From assembly GCF_000172995.2 (NCBI RefSeq), contig NC_014729.1, positions 2,130,001 to 2,162,000 of the forward strand: 32,000 bases of DNA, in the 5' to 3' direction. This document shows, one piece after another, positions 25,238 through 32,000 of the stretch. Under the pieces are notes generated by a model that ran no database searches, was not told where the DNA came from, and worked only from the letters and a program-made list of their open reading frames with translations. This DNA comes from Halogeometricum borinquense DSM 11551 (GTDB taxonomy: Archaea > Halobacteriota > Halobacteria > Halobacteriales > Haloferacaceae). Each line of letters opens with the position of its first letter. The stretch's first letter is position 1. The position numbers and the translations under genes are program-made.

Positions 25238-25804
25238 ATGGACCAGTTGCGGCAGTCGCTCCTCGAAGCGCCGATCATCGAGAAGGGAGAGTACGAGTAC
25301 TTTGTTCACCCCATCAGCGACGGGGTTCCGATGCTCGAACCGGGTCTCCTTCGAGAAATTGTCATCAAGATCATCCGCAAAGCGGACCTCGAAGACGTTG
25401 ACAAAATCGTCACTCCGGCGGCGATGGGTATCCACATCTCGACCGCCGTCTCTTTGATGACTGACATTCCGCTCGTCGTCATCCGGAAGCGCGAGTACGG
25501 ACTCGACGGCGAGATCTCCCTGAGCCAGCAGACTGGCTACTCCGAGAACGACATGTTCATCAACGACGTCAGCGAGGACGACCGCGTACTCGTCATCGAC
25601 GACGTTCTCTCGACCGGCGGGACGATGTGTGCTGTTCTTGACGCCCTGAAGTCCACTGGCGCTGAGGTCGTCGATACCGTCGCGGTCATCAAGAAGGCCG
25701 GACCGAACGAACTCGACGACACGGACCACCACGTCAAAACGCTGATCAACGTCACCGTCGAGGACGGGGAAGTCGTCATCGTAGACGAAAACGGCGACGA
25801 CTGA
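25238..25804 (+). CDS. hpt: Hypoxanthine/guanine phosphoribosyltransferase (archaeal type I PRTase)
   Basis: PRPP-binding motif [13 protein letters not shown]. The N-terminal [28 protein letters not shown] block is typical of archaeal purine PRTases. 188 aa. Confidence 0.8.
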
Positions 25805-25879
25805 GCGGACAGGAGTCACCTTTTGCCGGGATCGTTCCCCCGGGCGGAGCGGTCTCCGGTACGTAACGGTATCCTGTCT

Positions 25880-25898
25880 CGTGACAACTAATGTCACG
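25880..25898. promoter_or_regulatory. Perfect palindrome CGTGACA-N5-TGTCACG upstream of the ABC transporter operon; candidate transcription-factor operator
   Basis: Two 7-bp inverted arms with a 5-bp spacer, 131 nt upstream of the substrate-binding-protein ATG, in a non-coding AT-richer region. Confidence 0.4.
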
Positions 25899-26028
25899 AA
25901 CACCGGGTATTTTCCGCTTGTTTGTCCGTTAGACTGCCGTATGCCGTCAGATACGACCACCGAATCACGTACTGAAAGGTGAATTTTAGATTTTTCTAAC
26001 CGATGGGTATTTGTGCCGATAGTTATTT

Positions 26029-27930
26029 ATGAAATCTATGCCATCCGGCAACACGGATAAACGAATTGATCGGCGCAGTTGGCTCAAAGCACTCGGTGTA
26101 GGCGGTGCTGCAGGGCTTGCTGGCTGTTCCGGTAACCAGAATCAGAACACGGAAACCTCCGGCAAGGGCGGCACTGAGACGTCGGAGCCTACCGAGGAAT
26201 CCACCGAAGCGGGCGACTCCTCCGGTCGCTCGATCGGCGGTACGTACCGCGAAGCCCTCTCAGCGGACGCGAAGTCTCTCAATTTCCTCTTTCATAGCGA
26301 TACGAACACGACGAAGTTCGTCGATGCGACGATGGACTACGCCTACGACTTCAAGGACATCGGCGAAATCGTCCCGATGTGGGTGGAATCCTACACGGAA
26401 AAGGACAAGAAAGAGTGGACGTTTACCCTCCGCGACAATCTCCGCTGGAGCGATCCGTACGGCGATCTGACGGCCGAAGACTGGGTGTACACGGCGCAGA
26501 ATCTCTACGGTGCGAAAGCGCCGGGCGAGAGCAAGACGAAGGAGAACTGGGCGGGTGTCGTTCAGTACTCCGACTGGAAGAACCTCACCATCGAAAAGGC
26601 GGGCAAGCGAAAACTCAAGGTCACGCTCCCCGGACCACAGCCCGCATTCATCGCTTCGACGGCGTTCTGGGGCGGCCGCTGTCTCCCCAAAGACCTCGTC
26701 AAAGGCTACGTCGAGGACAAAGACATAGAGGGTCTAAAGCAGGACGAAGAACTCAACTCGCTCTCCTACACTGGCAACCTCGGGCCGTACGATTACGAGG
26801 AGTGGCAGCGTGAGTCTCGCTTCGTCGCAACCCGCGCCGACGACTACTACCTGCGCGAAGTTGCTGGCTCAGAAGAGATTCCAGAGCGGTTTGCTGAGGC
26901 ACCGTACTTCGAGAAGTACGAACTGAAGATTATCGGTGAGGAGTCTACGCGCCTCGCTTCCCTGAAGGAAGGCGACCTCACCTACTTCGAGGACGTTCCC
27001 TCCCAGAAGGTCGAGCAGTTCCAGCAGATGGACCACCTCAAGTTCCGTTTCCCGCCGAATCCGTTCTGCTCGATGGCGTACTACAACCAGCGCTCCAACG
27101 GGTGGGAGATGCTGCAACGGAAAGAGGTCCGCCGCGCGCTCTCGACGGCCATCTCGAAGAAGGCCATCGCGGAGAACATCTACCGCGGCTTCCCGACGGT
27201 CGCACACACGTTCCAGCCCGAATGGTCGCCGTGGTACCTGACTGACAAGGTCGAGCAGTTCGGTGTCGGCGACTCGTACGGTTCCGAGAAGGCCCGTAAG
27301 ATGATGAAGGAGGCACTCTCGGACACCAACTACGGCTACGACGGCGACAAACTCGTGGACGGCAACGGCGAACAGGTCGAACTCTCGTTCGTCTACCGCG
27401 CCGGGTCGCAGAACAACCAGACCGTCGCGGAGTTCTTCAAGCAGGAACTGGCCAAGATCGGAATCAAGGTCGCTCCGACGAACGGTGGTCCGTTCAACAC
27501 GCTGCAGAACAAGTACATGCTGACCAGCACCAGCGACGGCACCCCGAGCTTCAACGCCGGTCCAGACGCGACCTCCCAAGAGCCGTGGGACCTGATGTAC
27601 GGTGTCGCACTGAACGCCTACCCGATCAATCCCGACGGCTCTCGGACGTTCTGGGTCCCCGACGGCGGATTCAACTTCTACGGCTACGAGCCGGAAGCGC
27701 CGATGGCGGATCTCTACGATACGGCCCAGAGTGCTACGGACGAGAAGACGCGCAAGGAAGCCTTCGCAAAAATCTTCGCCGCGCTGAGTAAGGAACAGCC
27801 GACGAACTTCCTTAACTTCAGCGTCTACAAGAACGCCTACGACAAGAACTACATGGGCATGCCCGCCGAGGGCGAATTCGACTACCTCGAAAGCTGGGAC
27901 AGCACCTCCTGGTATCTTGCGAAACAGTAA
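26029..27930 (+). CDS. ABC transporter substrate-binding lipoprotein, family 5 (peptide/nickel, DppA/OppA-like), Tat-exported
   Basis: Twin-arginine signal DRRSWLKALGVGGAAGLAGC with a lipobox Cys, then a Thr/Ser/Glu-rich linker and a 600-aa family-5 SBP-like body. First gene of a five-gene ABC operon. Confidence 0.85.
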   Translation: MKSMPSGNTDKRIDRRSWLKALGVGGAAGLAGCSGNQNQNTETSGKGGTETSEPTEESTEAGDSSGRSIGGTYREALSADAKSLNFLFHSDTNTTKFVDATMDYAYDFKDIGEIVPMWVESYTEKDKKEWTFTLRDNLRWSDPYGDLTAEDWVYTAQNLYGAKAPGESKTKENWAGVVQYSDWKNLTIEKAGKRKLKVTLPGPQPAFIASTAFWGGRCLPKDLVKGYVEDKDIEGLKQDEELNSLSYTGNLGPYDYEEWQRESRFVATRADDYYLREVAGSEEIPERFAEAPYFEKYELKIIGEESTRLASLKEGDLTYFEDVPSQKVEQFQQMDHLKFRFPPNPFCSMAYYNQRSNGWEMLQRKEVRRALSTAISKKAIAENIYRGFPTVAHTFQPEWSPWYLTDKVEQFGVGDSYGSEKARKMMKEALSDTNYGYDGDKLVDGNGEQVELSFVYRAGSQNNQTVAEFFKQELAKIGIKVAPTNGGPFNTLQNKYMLTSTSDGTPSFNAGPDATSQEPWDLMYGVALNAYPINPDGSRTFWVPDGGFNFYGYEPEAPMADLYDTAQSATDEKTRKEAFAKIFAALSKEQPTNFLNFSVYKNAYDKNYMGMPAEGEFDYLESWDSTSWYLAKQ

Positions 27931-27934
27931 CTAA

Positions 27935-27954
27935 GGCGCACCACGCGCTTTTTT
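27935..27954 (+). terminator. Short GC hairpin plus T6 between the SBP and permease genes; likely partial terminator / attenuator
   Basis: ggcgc-accac-gcgc followed by tttttt (27949..27954), 5-24 nt after the SBP stop. A common arrangement that gives excess SBP transcript. Confidence 0.4.
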
Positions 27955-27989
27955 GCGAACTATTTGCTAATGACTAGCATAAAACAAAC

Positions 27990-28958
27990 ATGAAGTGGTA
28001 CATCACTCGCCGTCTCGCGTGGACCGTAGTGGCGACGTTAATCATCCTCTCGCTCACGTTCGGGCTGATGGCAGCCTCTCCGGACCCACAGGCCGCATCG
28101 TACGTCGCACAGCAGGTCCAAGAGGGAGGCAATTACCAAGAAGCACAGGAATCGTACGAAAAAGCACGGGGACTCGACAAACCGCTCTGGGAGCGGTACA
28201 AGAACTACATGGTCGGGATGGTGACGCTCGACTGGGGGTGGTCAGAAACCCGCTCTCAACCGGTGATACAAGCCATCTCGGAGGCGTGGCCGTACTCCGT
28301 GATGTACGGTACTCCGGCGCTCATCATCTCGACAGTGGTCGGTGTCGCAATCGGGTTGTACTCGGCGACCCACCGGAACTCACTGGAGGACTACGCGGCA
28401 TCAGCGTTCGCGTTCTTCGGCATCAGCATCCCGGACTTCTGGTTCGCCATCCTGATGATTCTCATCTTCGGGGTGTGGTTGGGGTGGATTCCCATCTACT
28501 ACCACTCCGACGTGCCGTGGCTCTCACTGCAGAACGCCCAACAACTCGTCGCGCCGACGCTCGTCGTCACGCTCTCCTCTATCGCAAGCGAGATGCGCTT
28601 CTCGCGTGCGACGGCGTTGGAGTACGTGAACGCCGAGTTCGTTAAGACTGCGAAGGCGAAGGGCGCAAACAGTTGGCGGCGCGTCACCCGACACATCTTC
28701 CGCCCGGCGCTCGTCCCCCTCTCGACAATCCTCGTCGGCGACATTCTGAATATCGTCCTCGTGAGTTCGTACCTCGTCGAGGTGGTGTTCGGCATCCCCG
28801 GGTTGGGACAGTTGAGTTACAAGGCCATCCTCCAACAGGACGTGTCACTCGTCCTCGGGACGGTGCTCATCCCGACGTTCATCGCGATCATCGGGAACCT
28901 GTTCCAAGACTTGGCCTACACGGTACTTGACCCGCGAATCGACTACGGTGATCGATAA
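27990..28958 (+). CDS. ABC transporter permease (DppB/OppB-like)
   Basis: Six-TM BPD-type permease with the conserved cytoplasmic-loop region FVKTAKAKGANSWRRVTRHIFRPALVP. Confidence 0.9.
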   Translation: MKWYITRRLAWTVVATLIILSLTFGLMAASPDPQAASYVAQQVQEGGNYQEAQESYEKARGLDKPLWERYKNYMVGMVTLDWGWSETRSQPVIQAISEAWPYSVMYGTPALIISTVVGVAIGLYSATHRNSLEDYAASAFAFFGISIPDFWFAILMILIFGVWLGWIPIYYHSDVPWLSLQNAQQLVAPTLVVTLSSIASEMRFSRATALEYVNAEFVKTAKAKGANSWRRVTRHIFRPALVPLSTILVGDILNIVLVSSYLVEVVFGIPGLGQLSYKAILQQDVSLVLGTVLIPTFIAIIGNLFQDLAYTVLDPRIDYGDR

Positions 28959-30127
28959 TGGCGGCAGAAGACTATCAAGACCGGTTCGAGGACATCGATT
29001 GGGACGACCTCCAGCGGTCGGGATTCGACTCGCTGACGGTGCAGAGCGGGGGCTACCTCGTTTCGATGGGCATCCTTGCGGTGTTGCTCGCCTACGACTA
29101 CTTCCTCGCACAGGGGCCGACAATCACCACGCCGTTCCAGTGGGACGTGAGCCAACTCGATTGGCTCCTCATCGCCACACTCGTGACGGTGGCGTTCTAC
29201 GCCGTCTACCCGCTGTACGACAACCCACGGATGACGCGGCGGTACTGGCGCGAATTTAGCAAAAACCGTGCGGCCGTCATCAGCGGCGTCTTCCTGACGC
29301 TCATCTTCGGTCTCGGTCTGGTCGGCCCGATGTTCGTCTCCAAACCGGAGCTGAACGTTCTTGCGCAGTACCAGCCGCCGGTGTTCTTCTCCGTTCCCGA
29401 ATCGACGGTCGGGAGCTGTATGGGTCCCGTCGTCGATGGAATGTGTCAGGGTACGTGGCAGTACCCGCTCGGAACGACCGGGCAGGGGAAGGGAATCATG
29501 AAGAGCGTCGTCTACGGGATGCGCGTCAGCCTCGAAGTCGGCCTCATCACGCCGCTTATCATCATTCTCATCGGGACCGCCGTGGGTACGATCGCGGCGT
29601 ACTCCGGTGGCCTGATGGACGAACTGCTGATGCGGTACGTGGACATTCAGCTGACGTTCCCGACGTTCTTCCTCTATCTCCTGCTTCTGTACCTGTACGG
29701 TGGGACGCTGTTCCTCCTCATCGTCATCTTCGGCCTCACGAGTTGGGGTTCGACCGCTCGGCTCGTCCGCTCGGAAGCACTCCAGCGGCGCGAGGAGGAG
29801 TACATCCAAGCCGCACAATCTGCAGGAGCCAGCGAGTTCTGGGTCATCCGGAAACATCTCGTGCCGAACGTCTCGAACACGGTCATCACGAACGCGAGTC
29901 TGCTCATTCCGAGTCTCATCCTGTTCGAGGCGGCGTTCTCGTTCCTCGGACTCGGCGACCCGACCATCCCTTCGTGGGGGCAGGTCATCGCCGCCGGACG
30001 GAGCGATATCGACACGGCGTGGTGGATTTCGACTATCCCCGGCGTGTTCCTGTTCACGACGGTACTGGCACTGAACTTCGTCGGCGACGCGTTGCGCGAC
30101 GCACTCGACCCGCGCTCGGAGGACTAA
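28958..30127 (+). CDS. ABC transporter permease (DppC/OppC-like) with a long N-terminal extension
   Basis: Conserved loop YIQAAQSAGASEFWVIRKHLVPNV. The start overlaps the upstream stop (TAATG). About 90 extra N-terminal residues compared with bacterial DppC. Confidence 0.9.
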   Translation: MAAEDYQDRFEDIDWDDLQRSGFDSLTVQSGGYLVSMGILAVLLAYDYFLAQGPTITTPFQWDVSQLDWLLIATLVTVAFYAVYPLYDNPRMTRRYWREFSKNRAAVISGVFLTLIFGLGLVGPMFVSKPELNVLAQYQPPVFFSVPESTVGSCMGPVVDGMCQGTWQYPLGTTGQGKGIMKSVVYGMRVSLEVGLITPLIIILIGTAVGTIAAYSGGLMDELLMRYVDIQLTFPTFFLYLLLLYLYGGTLFLLIVIFGLTSWGSTARLVRSEALQRREEEYIQAAQSAGASEFWVIRKHLVPNVSNTVITNASLLIPSLILFEAAFSFLGLGDPTIPSWGQVIAAGRSDIDTAWWISTIPGVFLFTTVLALNFVGDALRDALDPRSED

Positions 30128-30128
30128 G

Positions 30129-31193
30129 ATGAGCGAACCACTACTCTCGATACGGAATCTGAAGACGCACTTTCACACGGACGAAGGGACGGTACACGCG
30201 GTAGACGGCGTGAGTCTCGACGTCGACCGCGGCGAGACAGTCTGCGTGGTTGGCGAAAGCGGGTCCGGAAAGACGGTCACCGCAGAGTCGATTACGCGAC
30301 TCATTCCGGAACCGCCGGGCGAAATCGTCGGCGGCGAAGTCCGCTTCGACGGCGACGACGTGCTTTCGATGTCCGAGTCGGAACTGGAGGACCTCCGCGG
30401 CGGCCGAATCGGCCACATCTTCCAGAATCCGCAGGGGGCGTTGAATCCAGTCTACACCATCGGTTGGCAGATTCGGGAGGCAATTCAGCTCCACGACGAC
30501 GTTTCCGACGAGGAGGCGCACGAACGGACAATCGACCTCCTCGACCGCGTTGGTATCCCCGACGCGACGAGTCGAATCGACGACTACCCGCACGAGTTCT
30601 CCGGCGGGATGAAACAGCGCGTCGTCATCGCGATGGCGCTGGCGTCGAATCCCGACTTGCTCATCGCTGACGAACCGACGACGGCGCTGGACGTGACTAT
30701 CCAGATGCAGATTCTCCGGTTGCTCAATCAGGTCCAAGACGAGTTCAACACGGGTATCGTGATGATCACGCACGACCTTGGCGTCGTCGCCGAAGTCGCA
30801 GACCGCGTGGTCGTCATGTACGCCGGAAAGGTGATGGAACAGGGCGACGTGTACGAAATATTCGAGAACCCCTCGCATCCGTACACGCGCGCGCTCTTGG
30901 AGTGTCTCCCCGGCCGAGGCGAACGCATGGAGGCTATCGGCGGGTCACTCCCATCCACCACGTCACCGCCGTCTGGATGCCGGTTCAACCCGCGGTGCCC
31001 GTACGCAGTTGCAGATTGCAAGAAGGGGAAGCAACCGCCGATGCACAGCACCGGAAACGGCGATCACACGGTGTCGTGCGTCCACTACGAACCGGGCGCT
31101 GACCCGTCGGTCGTCCTCGGAGAGGACAGTTCGGACGCCGTTGGCGACGCGCGCGCTGATGGCGGACCCGAAACGGGAGGTGACGACAGATGA
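30129..31193 (+). CDS. ABC transporter ATP-binding protein (DppD/OppD-like)
   Basis: Walker A GESGSGKT, signature FSGGMKQR, Walker [13 protein letters not shown], and the oligopeptide-type C-terminal domain with [14 protein letters not shown]. Confidence 0.95.
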   Translation: MSEPLLSIRNLKTHFHTDEGTVHAVDGVSLDVDRGETVCVVGESGSGKTVTAESITRLIPEPPGEIVGGEVRFDGDDVLSMSESELEDLRGGRIGHIFQNPQGALNPVYTIGWQIREAIQLHDDVSDEEAHERTIDLLDRVGIPDATSRIDDYPHEFSGGMKQRVVIAMALASNPDLLIADEPTTALDVTIQMQILRLLNQVQDEFNTGIVMITHDLGVVAEVADRVVVMYAGKVMEQGDVYEIFENPSHPYTRALLECLPGRGERMEAIGGSLPSTTSPPSGCRFNPRCPYAVADCKKGKQPPMHSTGNGDHTVSCVHYEPGADPSVVLGEDSSDAVGDARADGGPETGGDDR

Positions 31194-32000
31194 GTTCGGA
31201 CGCACCCCTGCTCGAAGTTCGGAACCTGAAGAAACACTACCCCATCACGAAGGGAATCATGAAGCGGGAAGTCGGCAGCGTCCGCGCAGTTGACGGAATC
31301 AGTTTCGCCGTCGAACGCGGCGAGACGGTCGGTCTCGTCGGCGAGTCCGGATGTGGGAAGTCAACCGCTGCGACCTCGCTGCTCCGACTCGAAGACCCCA
31401 CGGACGGCGAAGTCCTGTTCGAGGGGCGCGACATCACTGAGTACAACGACAAGGAACTGAAGCGCTTCCGCCGGGAGGCGCAGATGATCTTCCAAGATCC
31501 CACGTCCAGTTTCGACCCGCGGATGTCTATCGGTGAGTCCGTCGCCGAACCGCTGACCGTCCACGGGATGCGCGACCGCGAACGCCGTCGTCGTATCGTA
31601 AAGGATCTGCTCGAACGGGTTGGTCTGTCGGCCGACGACATCGACCGCTACCCACACGAGTTCTCCGGCGGGCAGAAACAGCGTATCGGCCTCGCGCGCG
31701 CGCTGGTTCTCAACCCGAAACTCATCGTCGCCGACGAACCCGTGTCAGCACTGGACGTCTCGATTCAGGCGGAGATCCTCTCGCTGATGAAAGAGATCCA
31801 AGACGAGTTCGGTCTGGGGATGCTGCTTATCAGTCACGACCTCTCCGTCGTCCGCGAAATCTGCGACCGGGTGGCCGTGATGTATCTCGGTGAGATAGTC
31901 GAGTTCGGCCGGACCGAGGACCTGTACGAGGATCCACAACACCCGTACACGCGGGCGCTGCTCTCCTCGATTCCGCAACCGGACCCGACGAAGCGCGGAA
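31190..32000 (+). CDS. ABC transporter ATP-binding protein (DppF/OppF-like), 3' end beyond the window
   Basis: ATGA overlap with the upstream stop. Manual translation gives [17 protein letters not shown]..., Walker A GESGCGKST, signature FSGGQKQR and Walker B LIVADEPVSALD. There is no stop before position 32000, so it is absent from the ORF track. Confidence 0.9.
   Translation, partial: MSSDAPLLEVRNLKKHYPITKGIMKREVGSVRAVDGISFAVERGETVGLVGESGCGKSTAATSLLRLEDPTDGEVLFEGRDITEYNDKELKRFRREAQMIFQDPTSSFDPRMSIGESVAEPLTVHGMRDRERRRRIVKDLLERVGLSADDIDRYPHEFSGGQKQRIGLARALVLNPKLIVADEPVSALDVSIQAEILSLMKEIQDEFGLGMLLISHDLSVVREICDRVAVMYLGEIVEFGRTEDLYEDPQHPYTRALLSSIPQPDPTKRG

Noticed and set aside
25211-25960. 249-aa minus-strand ORF
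   Set aside because: Antisense to the well-supported hpt gene, with no motifs. Its 5' end lies in the non-coding region that has promoter-like features for the ABC operon.
1-32000. Defence islands, prophage or integrative elements, toxin-antitoxin pairs, CRISPR arrays
   Set aside because: No integrase, transposase, nuclease/helicase defence signatures, spacer-repeat arrays or abrupt compositional islands were seen. The only AT-richer stretches are short intergenic promoter regions.

Overview
High-GC sequence with acidic proteins, archaeal TFB, GGGP synthase, a PGF-CTERM protein and GatCA: this is a haloarchaeal (class Halobacteria) chromosomal segment, densely packed with housekeeping and transport genes. 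In order: the purL 5' end (-), a CBS-pair protein (-), a PHP phosphoesterase + truncated AsnB-like PP-loop enzyme operon (+), a Nudix hydrolase and TFB (-), gatC-gatA (+), a small PGF-CTERM surface protein (+), trkA-trkH (+), an SDR reductase (+), a second trkH-trkA pair (-), GGGP synthase (+), an SRPBCC protein (-), an orphan 307-aa protein (+), a TrxR-like flavoprotein lacking the NADPH domain (+), coaBC (+), a complete seven-gene mrpABCDEFG cation/proton antiporter operon (-), a divergent ArsR-type wHTH regulator (+), an orphan 139-aa protein preceded by a possible micro-ORF (+), hpt (+), and a five-gene Dpp/Opp-type peptide ABC transporter operon (+, last gene runs off the window). I found no rRNA or complete tRNA genes, CRISPR arrays, transposases, integrases or recognisable defence genes. 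There is no convincing evidence for a large undescribed system. The most interesting items are modest: the PHP/AsnB-like pair, the NADPH-domain-less TrxR-like flavoprotein, the wHTH / micro-ORF / orphan module beside mrp, a structured ~110-nt intergenic element with a T-loop-like hairpin after gatA, short tandem duplications across two stop codons, and a perfect palindrome upstream of the ABC operon. Many long ORFs in the six-frame track are antisense artefacts of high GC. All product calls rest on motif recognition by eye, not on database searches.
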